A stretch of 64,000 bases of DNA, taken from an uncultured Gemmatimonadales bacterium (GTDB taxonomy: Bacteria; Gemmatimonadota; Gemmatimonadetes; Gemmatimonadales; GWC2-71-9). The translations under genes and the position numbers were made by a program. Of the stretch, positions 37,112 through 46,452 are shown one piece after another. The stretch spans positions 608,001-672,000 of the forward strand of contig CAWCFX010000001.1 in NCBI GenBank assembly GCA_963795085.1, written 5' to 3'. The notes beneath the pieces were generated by a model. That model had not been told where the DNA came from and searched no databases. It saw nothing but the letters and a program-made list of their open reading frames with translations. How positions within the stretch are numbered: position 1 is the first letter of the stretch; every line of letters starts with the position of its first letter.

Positions 37112-37701
37112 CGTTGCTTCTCCTGCCTTTTCCAGTCCGGGTTGGGGGTGAGCAGGTGCCGGAGCGCGCGCCGCGCCCGGAAGAGCCGCGAGGCGATGGT
37201 ACCCTCGGCGACGCCGAGCATCTCCGCCGCCTCCCGCTGCCGGAATCCTTCGAGGTCCACCAGGATCACCGTGGCGCGCAGCTCCGGCTCCAGCCGGTCC
37301 AGCGCGCCGGGAACGTCGTCGGGCGCCGCACCGTCAGCGGCCACGCTCTTCTCATCGAACCATGCGGCGAGTGCCGCTTCGAACTCCGGCTCTCCCAGGT
37401 CGGTGACAAGCGTCTCACTCTTGCGCCGGGCGGTGCGCATCCGGTTGAGGTGGGTACGGGTGAGGATCGTGAACAGCCAGGCGCGGCCGGCGGCCGGGTC
37501 GCGCAACTGGTGATAGCGCTCGAATCCCTGCAGTACCGCCTCCTGGAGCAGGTCCTCGGCGTCGGCCTCGTGGCCGCCGCTGAGACGGACCGCGGTCCGG
37601 AACAGCGGATCCATCTGCTCGCTCAGCAACTCTTCGAACGCCCGGCCGGGCGCGGGGGGTTTCGGCAGGACCATCTCCTGGCGACCGTGGGACTGCAGCA
37701 A
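37108..37701 (-). CDS. ECF sigma-70 factor (start uncertain, 37674 alternative)
   Basis: DAEDLLQE, RAWLFTIL and GTIASRLFRAR. Confidence 0.9.
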   Translation of the reverse strand: MLQSHGRQEMVLPKPPAPGRAFEELLSEQMDPLFRTAVRLSGGHEADAEDLLQEAVLQGFERYHQLRDPAAGRAWLFTILTRTHLNRMRTARRKSETLVTDLGEPEFEAALAAWFDEKSVAADGAAPDDVPGALDRLEPELRATVILVDLEGFRQREAAEMLGVAEGTIASRLFRARRALRHLLTPNPDWKRQEKQR

Positions 37702-37821
37702 CCGAATGCGGCCTTGTTAACAGTAAGACACCTCCCGGGGAGGAATCCTTCCCGCCGGGGGTTACATTGGGAGTCCGGCCCCCCAGCGGCAGATGCTCAT
37801 CCTGTTCACCACGCAGGGCTT

Positions 37822-38379
37822 ATGGCATTCATACCCTATTTTTCCGACACGGACGTTCCGGCCGAAGACCAGGTGCCGGACCGGGACAACATCCTCCGGG
37901 TGCACACCGTCCACCCGCGGGTCATGCGGCAGCACTACGATCTCTACGTGGAGATCATGCACCGCCCCGGCCCCCTGACCCGGGTGCAGCGCGAGATGGT
38001 CGCGGTGGTCGTCTCGGCGACCAACGGCTGTCACTATTGAATCGTGCATCACGGAGCGGGGCTCCGTCGGCTGCTGGAGGCAGCCGGGTCGCCGGACGGG
38101 GAGATCGGGGGCCTGCTGGCGGGACTCGCGGAGGATTACCGGGCGCTGGAGCTGGCGCGGGCCGACCGGGCCATCCTGGACTACGCGGTCAAGCTGACCG
38201 TGACGCCGGCCCTCATGACCCGGGAGGATGCCGACCGGTTGCGGCAGGCCGGGCTCGATGACCTGGCGATCCACGATCTCTGCGCGGTGACCGCCTACTT
38301 CGCGTTCGTGAACCGGATCGCGGATGGGTTGGGGGTGGAACTGGAGACCCGGTTTGGAGAATCGGGGCCTCTTTCGTGA
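37822..38379 (+). CDS. AhpD/CMD-like peroxidase-related selenoprotein (CxxU; TGA at 38038-38040 probably read as Sec)
   Basis: REMVAVVVSATNGCHY-TGA-IVHHGAGL continues in frame to YFAFVNRIADGLGV; hairpin downstream of the TGA. Confidence 0.75.
38051..38067 (+). promoter_or_regulatory. Putative bacterial SECIS hairpin
   Basis: ACGGAGC-GGG-GCTCCGT, 7-bp stem with G loop, starting 11 nt after the TGA. Confidence 0.55.
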
Positions 38380-38555
38380 TGGGGCTCCCCCCTTTGACGT
38401 GATCTCGGAACCAACCTCAGGGTCAGGCGGGACAACGTGACCTGCGACACTGGAGATCAGGGCCCGGACGACAAGATTGGGCACTGCCTCGGCCCCCGCG
38501 CCGGAGGTTAGGCACCTGAAACCCTGCGGGATCATGCTCAACTGGAGGGAGCCCC

Positions 38556-38753
38556 GTGCGCACCACGACGCTCTTGGCCGTCACGATCGCGGCGGCCGCG
38601 CTGATGGGATGTAAAAAGACCGGCGAGAACGAGTACGAGGTCGATAAGCCGGTCGTGACGACCGAGAAGGATACCGTGCACACCCCGGACATCGATGTCG
38701 GCACCACCGAGGACACCGTCGTGGTCAAGCGTCCGACCGTGGACGTGAACTAG
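38556..38753 (+). CDS. Small lipoprotein
   Basis: SD GGAGG; LMGC lipobox. Confidence 0.7.
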   Translation: MRTTTLLAVTIAAAALMGCKKTGENEYEVDKPVVTTEKDTVHTPDIDVGTTEDTVVVKRPTVDVN

Positions 38754-38777
38754 GCCCGACCCAAGCGGTACGACCAC

Positions 38778-38805
38778 AAATGGGCGGCCCTGGAGCCGCC
38801 CGTTT
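38778..38805. terminator. Bidirectional terminator between convergent genes
   Basis: AAATGGGCGGC-CCTGGA-GCCGCCCGTTT. Confidence 0.6.
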
Positions 38806-38807
38806 GC

Positions 38808-40484
38808 TTACCTGCCCATCCCCGCCGCCATCCCGCCGCCGGCCGCCGCCTGGTCCCCACCCGACATCAGCAGGGCAATGGCCCGCTCATCGGTGCCGTA
38901 CAGGTCGGAGCGAAACCGCACCGCGCCATCCCGCACGAACGCGGTGAAATAGACGATATAGACGGGGATCTTCTGGCGGAGCCCGACCTGCCGGGTGGAG
39001 TCCCGCTGCATCGCCTGCCGGATCTTCTTGAGATCCCACTCCGTGTTCCGGGACAGCGCAAACTCGGCCAGCTGGTCCGGCCGTTCCACCCGGATGCAGC
39101 CATGGCTGGCCGCGCGGCCGGCACGGCGGAACAGCGAACGGGCCGGGGTATCGTGCAGGTACACGTCGTACTGGTTGGGGAACATGAACTTGACCAGGCC
39201 CAGCGAGTTGGCCGGGCCCGGCTTCTGCCGGACGTAGAAATTGAGCCGTGCGGTGTCCAGTCTGGCCCACTCGATGGAGCCCGGATCGACGACCTCCCGG
39301 CCCCGGAGAATCTCGTAGTTGTTCTTGGCCATGTACTCGGGATCCCGGCGGGCGGCGGGAATGATCTCTTCCTTGAGGATGCGCGCCGGCACGTTCCAAT
39401 AGGGCCGGAAGACCAGGTAACTCATCGAGTCGGCGAATACCGGCGTGGGATTGTCGAAGTCCTTGCCCACGACGACCCGCATCTGGATCACCTCCTTGCC
39501 GTCCTCATAGGCGTGGAGGTTGTAGTCCGGGATATTCACCAGGATGTGACGTGCCCCCAGGTTGTCCGGGAGCCAGCGGTAGCGCTCCATGTTGAGGATG
39601 ATCTGGCCGATGCGCATGGCGACCGGGACGTTCATCGCCAGGACGGTGGACCGGCCGATCACGCTGTCGGTCTCCAGCCCGTGGTGGTCCTGGAACCGCG
39701 CGACCGCGCCCGCCAGTACCGAGTCATACCGCATGGGGTCGGCCGTCGAGGCCTCGGCCAGCTCCCCGGTGACCAGCAGGCGGCGGCGAACGAGCGGGAC
39801 GATCGAATCCACGGCGCCGGGTTCCAGCTTGAGCCGAGGCGGCACCGGGATCGAGTCCCATCCGCCGCCGGCCTCCAGCGCGCGGTACGTCACCAGGGCC
39901 TGTACCAGCTTCTGGTAGGCCGGGTCCCGGGGATAGAGCGGCGCGACCATGGCGTCGAAGGTGTCCTGCCGCAGCGCGCGGTAGAGCAGTGAATCCACGC
40001 CGGTGCGCCGGTCCTTGATGAACCACCCGCGGTCCACGTCGGAAGGCTGGGTCCGGCCGGAGAAGATCTGGGTCCCGTAGCGGAGGAACCCGCTGGTCAG
40101 GAAGAACTCCAGCCGCGCGATGGCGGCGGGCACCGAGTCGCGGGGGAGCTTGGGGTCGTAGGCCCGGGCCAGCAGGGAGCGAAGCACTGGCAGGTCGAAA
40201 TCGGAGGAGCGGAGGCCCTGCGCCTCCGCGTTGGAGAGCGCGGCGACCAGTTCCGCTCCCCGCGGGGTGGGACCCTCGAGCGAGGTCCAGACGGGACGGT
40301 ACTCCCGTTCCCGGTAGGCGGCTTGAACCATCGGCCACCGGGGCTCCGCCGGGGCCGGCAGCGAATCCACGGTACGCCCCACCGCGGACACCACGTCGGC
40401 GTCCGTGACCTTCTTCCGGCAGCCGGCCACCACGATCGTAACCGTGGCGAGGGCGAGGAGCGTTCGAACCTGCAATCGGGACAC
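38808..40484 (-). CDS. L,D-transpeptidase (YcbB/LdtD family) lipoprotein
   Basis: PG-binding domain, NMERYRW, VNIP, PYWNVP, NSLGLVKFMFPN, YLHDTP and SHGCIRV. Confidence 0.92.
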   Translation of the reverse strand: MSRLQVRTLLALATVTIVVAGCRKKVTDADVVSAVGRTVDSLPAPAEPRWPMVQAAYREREYRPVWTSLEGPTPRGAELVAALSNAEAQGLRSSDFDLPVLRSLLARAYDPKLPRDSVPAAIARLEFFLTSGFLRYGTQIFSGRTQPSDVDRGWFIKDRRTGVDSLLYRALRQDTFDAMVAPLYPRDPAYQKLVQALVTYRALEAGGGWDSIPVPPRLKLEPGAVDSIVPLVRRRLLVTGELAEASTADPMRYDSVLAGAVARFQDHHGLETDSVIGRSTVLAMNVPVAMRIGQIILNMERYRWLPDNLGARHILVNIPDYNLHAYEDGKEVIQMRVVVGKDFDNPTPVFADSMSYLVFRPYWNVPARILKEEIIPAARRDPEYMAKNNYEILRGREVVDPGSIEWARLDTARLNFYVRQKPGPANSLGLVKFMFPNQYDVYLHDTPARSLFRRAGRAASHGCIRVERPDQLAEFALSRNTEWDLKKIRQAMQRDSTRQVGLRQKIPVYIVYFTAFVRDGAVRFRSDLYGTDERAIALLMSGGDQAAAGGGMAAGMGR

Positions 40485-40714
40485 GTCAACGTCCTTGGGT
40501 AGGGGCCTCCTCCGTGCCCGCGGCCGGGGGCACGGGGCAGCGGCTCAGGCGCAATACTAATGCCAAGAGCATGAAATTCGTATTGCCCTCTGGAGCAGCA
40601 GGTTGCCGGTCGTCGTCCGGCGGAGCGTGCTCGTCGTCACACCCGGGAGGCCCCCCGATGCGACATACTGTAGGAAGCAGGCGACCTGTGACCTTACCGA
40701 GAGGTGATTGGCCC

Positions 40715-41155
40715 ATGGCTTCACGACTGGAAAAAAATACGCGCCGGGTGGCGAGCGGCGTGAAAAAGGCGACCCGGACGGCCGCGGCGGCGACCCGGGG
40801 CGCGGCCCGGGTGATGGACCAGGCCGAAAAGGCCACCCGAGACCTGGATTCCCGGAAGAACGCGAAGAAAGTCAGCCGGGCGGCGAAGCGGGTGGCCCAG
40901 ACGGCCGCCGTCAGCGCGGCTTCGGTCGGGATCCGCCGGGCGGCGGACGCCATCCGGAAGAAAGTGGGTCAGAAGAAGAAGGCCCGGGCCCGGAAGAAGG
41001 CTCTCAAGGTCGCCGGGATGGTGGCCGCGGTCGCCGGCGTGGCGGTGGTGGCCGGCAAGGTGGTGAAGTCGCGGCGCGCGAAGCCGCCGGCGGTGCCGCC
41101 CGTGGCCCCGCCGCAGGCGGAGGACGACGAGATGGAGTCCGGTCCGGATTACTGA
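40715..41155 (+). CDS. Lys/Arg/Ala-rich basic hypothetical protein
   Basis: SD GAGG; highly basic with one hydrophobic stretch. Confidence 0.55.
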   Translation: MASRLEKNTRRVASGVKKATRTAAAATRGAARVMDQAEKATRDLDSRKNAKKVSRAAKRVAQTAAVSAASVGIRRAADAIRKKVGQKKKARARKKALKVAGMVAAVAGVAVVAGKVVKSRRAKPPAVPPVAPPQAEDDEMESGPDY

Positions 41156-41202
41156 CCGGCGACGCGCGCGGGTTGCCCTCTCGACCTCCCGAGAGGGCCG
41201 CC

Positions 41203-41673
41203 CTAGGCCTGGCCCGCGGCTTTCTCCAGGGTCGAGGTGCAGTTGGGGCACCGGGTTGCCTTGATGGAAATCGTCGAGGCGCAGAAGGGGCATTCCCGGG
41301 TGACCGGCTTGGCATCGGGTGTCTTCTCCTCGTGCTGGAGCTTCTTGACCCCCCGCACCAGCATGAAGACGGCCAGCGCGACGATGAGGAACGCCACCGC
41401 CTTGGTGATGAACACGCCGTAGTTGATGGTGACGGCGCCCGCCGCCTGGGCATCCGCCAGGGTGGCGTAGGGTGGCGCCGCCTTGGTTCCCTCCTTGAGC
41501 ACCACGAACAGGTCCGAGAAGTCCACGTTCCCCAGCAGGAGCCCGATGGGGGGCATGACAATGTCGTTCACCAGCGAGGTCACGATGGTGCCGAACGCGG
41601 CGCCGATGATCACGCCGACCGCCAGGTCCACCACGTTGCCGCGGAGGATGAACTCCTTGAAGTCCTTGCCCAT
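41203..41673 (-). CDS. mscL: Large-conductance mechanosensitive channel
   Basis: FKEFILRGNVVDLAVGVIIGAAF; C-terminal CPFC..CPNC zinc ribbon. Confidence 0.95.
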   Translation of the reverse strand: MGKDFKEFILRGNVVDLAVGVIIGAAFGTIVTSLVNDIVMPPIGLLLGNVDFSDLFVVLKEGTKAAPPYATLADAQAAGAVTINYGVFITKAVAFLIVALAVFMLVRGVKKLQHEEKTPDAKPVTRECPFCASTISIKATRCPNCTSTLEKAAGQA

Positions 41674-41809
41674 GAGGAAAGCTCCTGTTGTAGATTAGAA
41701 GGACAATGATGCCACTCTCCCGCGTCGCGCCGGGCCAGGCCGCCCGGCGTTTCCAAGGTATAGCCATGCCGCGCCGAATGCGCATCGGTCCCGCCGGACC
41801 GGAAGCCCG

Positions 41810-42178
41810 GTGATCTCGCGCGGCGGCGTCCCCGAGCTTCCCTGTTACCCCTGCCCGCACAACTCGGCCTGTTGCGGCTGGGGCGCCACCCTGACGGACG
41901 ACGAAGCCCGGGGCATTCGCGGCGCGTACGGCGAAGACAAGGCGTACCGGACGCGGTGGGGTGAGTGGCGGACCCGGGTCCGGGGCGGACGCTGCGTGCT
42001 CTGGAAGGACAACGCCTGCTCCATCTACCGGACGCCGTGGTATCCGGCGGTGTGCGCCGGGTTCCCCTGGACCGACGCCGAGACCGGCGGGCCCTACGAG
42101 TTCGACCAGACCATCTGTCCCGAGTTCATTACCCGCCCCGAGCTGGTGCAGCTGGGCCGCGGCAAGGCCCGGCCCTGA
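41810..42178 (+). CDS. YkgJ-like cysteine-cluster protein
   Basis: C..C....CC, C...CSIY and P.VC..FP pattern. Confidence 0.65.
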   Translation: MISRGGVPELPCYPCPHNSACCGWGATLTDDEARGIRGAYGEDKAYRTRWGEWRTRVRGGRCVLWKDNACSIYRTPWYPAVCAGFPWTDAETGGPYEFDQTICPEFITRPELVQLGRGKARP

Positions 42179-42209
42179 CGGGCCATCATCTATCTCCAGA
42201 GGGAGTGTC

Positions 42210-43481
42210 ATGCGCAAGTTTTTCGGCGGGTTTCTAGTGCTGGCCCTGGCGGGCGCCATCCCGGTCCTGCCGGCGCTGGCCCAGGAGGACGCGGCGCTTG
42301 CGCGGGCCCGCCAGTTGCTCCGGGCTCACCCCGTTATCGACGGGCACAACGACCTGCCCTGGGAGGTGCGAACCAGTGAGCGCGCCCCCGGTGACGTCGC
42401 GGCGTACGACCTCACTCGCCGCACCCCCGGCCACACCGACCTGGCGCGCCTGAAGGAAGGCGGCGTGGGGGGCCAGTTCTGGTCGATCTATGTCCCGGGC
42501 GAGATCCGGGATTCCGGGTATGCCCGGGTCCAGCTGGAGCAATTCGACATCGCCCGCCGCATCATCGCGCGCTATCCGGGGCAGTTGCAGCTTGCGCTGA
42601 CCGCGGCCGATGCCGAACAGGCCATGCAGCAGGGGAAGGTGGCATCGTTCCTCGGCATGGAAGGCGGCCATGCCATCGAGAACTCGCTGGGGGCCCTGCG
42701 GGCCTACTACGCGCTCGGTGCCCGCTACATGACCCTGACCCACAACGTCACCCTCGACTGGGCCGACGCCGCTCTCGACACGGCCCGGCACGGCGGGCTT
42801 AGCCCGTTCGGCGAGGAAGTAGTGCGGGAGATGAACCGGCTGGGCATGCTGGTGGACCTCTCCCACGTTTCGCCGGGGACAATGAGCGACGCGCTCAATG
42901 TGACACGGGCGCCGGTGATCTTCTCGCATTCGTCGGCGCGGGCCCTGGCCAACGTCCCCCGGAACGTGCCCGATTCCATCCTGGCGCGGCTTCCCGCGAA
43001 TGGCGGCGTGGTAATGATCACCTTCGTCAGCGGATTCCTGACCACCGAGATCAGCGACTCCATGGAAGCCTGGCGGCCCCGGATGCGCGCGCTGATGGAC
43101 GCGGCTCCCGATTCCGGCGCCCGGGCCCAGGCCCGCCGCGAGTTCATGGCGGCGCATCGCCTGCCCCAGGCCACTATCGCCCAGCTCGCCAATCATATCG
43201 AGCATGTGCGCAAGGTCGCCGGGGCGGACCACGTGGCACTCGGCGGCGACTACGACGGGACCAGCGAGTTGCCGGCGGGGATGGAGGACGTGTCCCGGTA
43301 TCCCTATCTCTTTGCCGAACTGATCCGCCGGGGCTGGAGTGACGGCGACCTCGCCAAGCTGGCCAATGGGAACATTCTGCGGGTACTCAAGCAGGCGGAG
43401 GCCGTGGCCGAACGGCTCCAGAAGGAGCGGGAGCCTTCCACCCGGACCATCCACCAGATGAACCGGGCCGCCACGCCCTAG
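42210..43481 (+). CDS. Membrane dipeptidase (M19 family)
   Basis: IDGHNDLPW, GMEGGH, YMTLTH, VDLSH, FSHSSA and GGDYDG. Confidence 0.93.
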   Translation: MRKFFGGFLVLALAGAIPVLPALAQEDAALARARQLLRAHPVIDGHNDLPWEVRTSERAPGDVAAYDLTRRTPGHTDLARLKEGGVGGQFWSIYVPGEIRDSGYARVQLEQFDIARRIIARYPGQLQLALTAADAEQAMQQGKVASFLGMEGGHAIENSLGALRAYYALGARYMTLTHNVTLDWADAALDTARHGGLSPFGEEVVREMNRLGMLVDLSHVSPGTMSDALNVTRAPVIFSHSSARALANVPRNVPDSILARLPANGGVVMITFVSGFLTTEISDSMEAWRPRMRALMDAAPDSGARAQARREFMAAHRLPQATIAQLANHIEHVRKVAGADHVALGGDYDGTSELPAGMEDVSRYPYLFAELIRRGWSDGDLAKLANGNILRVLKQAEAVAERLQKEREPSTRTIHQMNRAATP

Positions 43482-44476
43482 CCCGCGAGGATGGGGGCGA
43501 GGAACCCGGCGGCCCGCTCCTCGGCCCAGAAGGTGGGCGCCCAGGGGCCCGGCCCCGCGACAAAGCCCACGTGGCCGCCGGTGCTGGGGAAATCGGTGCT
43601 GAGGGCCGGGTTTGCGTCGATGGCCCGGTGGGGGATGACGCTGGCGACCGCGATCGGATCGTCCAGGCTGTGGACCAGGAGCGTCGGCACCGTGATCGAA
43701 GGCAGGAACGGTCCGGCGCTCGATTGCGTGTAGTACTCTTCGGCGCTGGTGAATCCGTGCAGCGGTGCGGTCAGCGCCGCATCGAATTCCCGGACGTTCC
43801 GGGCCTTGAGCACTCGCTCCACCTCGCAATGCTCCCCCAGCAGTCCCGCCTTGGCCCGCACCTTGGCCCGCAGCGAACGCAGGAAGAACGTCGCATAGAC
43901 CCGTCCCGTGCCGTCGCTCATCTGGTCGGCACAGGCCGCCAGGTCATAGGGCACCGAGATGGCCACCGCCGCCGCCACGTCTTCCCCAGCCCGGGCTCCC
44001 TCTTCGCCCAGGTATTTGAGCAGGACGTTCCCTCCCAGTGAGAATCCCAGGATCCCCAGCCGGGCCGCCGGAGTGGTCCGGCGGAGATGGCGCAGCACCT
44101 GGCGCAGGTCGCCGGTTTCGCCCGAGTGGTAGAACCGGGCCACCCGGTTCATTTCGCCGCCGCAGGACCGGAAGTTGAGCCCCACCGACCGGACGCCCCG
44201 CCGGGCCAGCGCGCGGGCCAGTTCTACCGAGTAGCCCGAGTGGGCGCTGCCCTCCAGCCCATGCAGCTTGAGCACCAGCGGGGCATCTTCGGGGACCGGG
44301 AACGAGGGGACCGTAGCGTACTCCAGCTCCAGGAAGTCTCCGTCCGGGGTGTCCAGCCGTTCCTTGCGAAAGGTGACGCCGGCCGTTTTCCGGAGCAGCC
44401 GGCCGCCCACGGTCTGGGCGTGGGCTCCCCGGATCCAGGCCGGCGCCGTAAAGGAGGCGTGCTCGTCCCCGCTCAC
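43478..44476 (-). CDS. Alpha/beta hydrolase (YheT family)
   Basis: HAQT, DGDFL, HGLEGS, FRSCGG, GFSLGGN, DDP and GGHVGF; GTG overlaps the SURF1 stop. Confidence 0.9.
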   Translation of the reverse strand: MSGDEHASFTAPAWIRGAHAQTVGGRLLRKTAGVTFRKERLDTPDGDFLELEYATVPSFPVPEDAPLVLKLHGLEGSAHSGYSVELARALARRGVRSVGLNFRSCGGEMNRVARFYHSGETGDLRQVLRHLRRTTPAARLGILGFSLGGNVLLKYLGEEGARAGEDVAAAVAISVPYDLAACADQMSDGTGRVYATFFLRSLRAKVRAKAGLLGEHCEVERVLKARNVREFDAALTAPLHGFTSAEEYYTQSSAGPFLPSITVPTLLVHSLDDPIAVASVIPHRAIDANPALSTDFPSTGGHVGFVAGPGPWAPTFWAEERAAGFLAPILAG

Positions 44477-45180
44477 GGCCGGCGGCGCAATACGAAGATG
44501 ACGCCGCCGGCGATCGCGATGGTGGCGAAACCGAACCACTGCAGCGCGTAGCTCAGGTGGGGACCATCGTCGAGGGCAGGGGCTTCGAGGCGGCGGGGAT
44601 AGAGCGGCAACGCGGTATCCGGTTGCTGCAGGATGTACACGTCCAGCAGCGGGTAGGGTATCCGCCGGCGGAGTTCGAGAAGGTCGAGCCGGCGCCAGGT
44701 CACCCGGCCGCGGGTGATGAGCCGCCGGCCGCTGTCCTCCGAGACCGGGATGAGGAAGGCGACACCCTGGACCCGGAGCGTCCCCGGTTCCGCCAGCGGG
44801 TCGGTCGCGGCCACGATCGCATCGGCCGCCGGCACGAAGCCACGGTTGACCAGCACCGCGCTGTCGCTTCCCTCGATGCGGAGCGGCGTCACCACCTGCA
44901 CCCCGGGGACTTCGCGGTGGACGAAACTCCGAAGCACGATCTCGTGCTCCCGGTCGTACACCCCGGTCACCGTCACCCGGCGGTCGGCCCGCGGGGCGGC
45001 CGGCCCCCCGCGGTTCAGGTCCAGCAGGGGGCCGGCCCGGAGCGTTCCAGCCACCTGGTTGGCCGCCCGCCGCTCCTGGAGGCGGGACAACTGCCAGAAG
45101 CCCAGGCGGGTGCAGACCGCGGCGACCAGGAGGCAGATGGCGAACAGGGCGTACCGGGATCGGAAGGACATGGCTGTCAT
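44473..45180 (-). CDS. SURF1 family protein
   Basis: LGFWQLSR, VVTPL, LVNRGFV and HLSYALQWF. Confidence 0.92.
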   Translation of the reverse strand: MTAMSFRSRYALFAICLLVAAVCTRLGFWQLSRLQERRAANQVAGTLRAGPLLDLNRGGPAAPRADRRVTVTGVYDREHEIVLRSFVHREVPGVQVVTPLRIEGSDSAVLVNRGFVPAADAIVAATDPLAEPGTLRVQGVAFLIPVSEDSGRRLITRGRVTWRRLDLLELRRRIPYPLLDVYILQQPDTALPLYPRRLEAPALDDGPHLSYALQWFGFATIAIAGGVIFVLRRRP

Positions 45181-45333
45181 TTCGGGTGGACAAAGCCGGG
45201 CGGGGGGAAAGTTATCGGGTTTGACCGGAAGCAGAAGCGGTGCAGCGATTTAGGCCGGCCGGACGGGGTTGGTACCGGGCTTGCCTTGGGAGACGCTGTC
45301 CTCCGACCATCTTCCCTGACCGAGGGTACCCGC

Positions 45334-45951
45334 ATGCGTCACTTGCTCCGGATCCTGGCGATCGGCGTCCTGGCCGCCGCCATCGCCACCCCCGCGTTCG
45401 CGCAGCGCCACCATGGTTCCCAGCTTCGAGAGGTTACCCGCAACTACCGCGACGGATTCTGGCTGGGCCTGAGCGTGGGCGCCGGCGAGGAATCATTCCG
45501 CTACGAGAACGCGCCCGGCGGGTACAGCAACGACATCACCGCTCCCACGTTCTCCCTTCGGCTGGGCGGCACCCCCAGCCAGCGCTGGCTGCTGGGCGCC
45601 GAACTCTTCGCCTGGATGGACGGCGACTTCAACGATACCTACGACGACTACAGCAACGTCCTCAGCAGCGCCATGATGATCGCCCAGTTCTATCCCCTGA
45701 CCCGGGGCGGCCTGTACTTCAAGGGCGGCGTCGGCGTGGCCGGCAACTACCTGCGCACCGTGTCACCCGCGGGGTATATCGTGAAGGACGAGACCTCCGG
45801 GCTGGCCACCGTGTTCGGCGCGGGGCTGGATCTCCGGGTGGGGCGGAACGTGTCGATTACGCCGAGCCTGGACGTGCACCACCAGTTCTTTCATCGGGCC
45901 GACCTCCGGGAGCGCATCGTGTCATTGTCCGCGGGGGTGACATTCCACTAG
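45334..45951 (+). CDS. Outer-membrane beta-barrel protein
   Basis: Signal peptide, alternating strands and C-terminal VTFH. Confidence 0.7.
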   Translation: MRHLLRILAIGVLAAAIATPAFAQRHHGSQLREVTRNYRDGFWLGLSVGAGEESFRYENAPGGYSNDITAPTFSLRLGGTPSQRWLLGAELFAWMDGDFNDTYDDYSNVLSSAMMIAQFYPLTRGGLYFKGGVGVAGNYLRTVSPAGYIVKDETSGLATVFGAGLDLRVGRNVSITPSLDVHHQFFHRADLRERIVSLSAGVTFH

Positions 45952-45989
45952 TGGACTGTCTCACATGTTTCGATAGTCGCTGTCGAACA

Positions 45990-46120
45990 GCTCACCACGG
46001 AGCCACGAAGCACACGGAGGTAGCACGGAGCACCCACCGTAGCGGGCTCAGAGCCGCAATCCCAATACCTTGGTGGCAGCATGAAGCTTCTTCGTGCTGC
46101 CTTCGTGACTCCGTGGTGAG
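45990..46120. repeat. CACCACGGAG..CACGAAG / CTTCGTG..CTCCGTGGTG inverted element
   Basis: Long-range inverted repeat in an intergenic region. Confidence 0.5.
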
Positions 46121-46452
46121 TCAGCTCTTGCCCACCTGGTCGGAACTTTGGATACAGTCCACTGGACGCCAAGGCCGCCGGCCAAGCCAAGGGCCGTTTC
46201 GCGATAACGTTGTCCTGGCGGCCGAGCCGGAGTCCGTGCCGGGGAGCCACGAATGGCCAGGGAAGGTCGAAGGGTGCTACTGGCCTCCCGGCGCCAAGAC
46301 GCTACATTCCTTACCCCCGCTGGAATGTGCGGCCGGCGGGGTGTGATGCAGGCCATGGCCAGTAAGTCCAAAGCTCGTATTATCAATGATTTAGAGCTTT
46401 TTTGCCGAACTTTTCGGGGCCGAGGGGCGTTCCCTCTGGCTCCAGAGACGTT

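Noticed and set aside
41203..41300. MscL zinc-ribbon tail as a novelty
   Set aside because: C-terminal CPxC..CPxC extensions are a common MscL variant.
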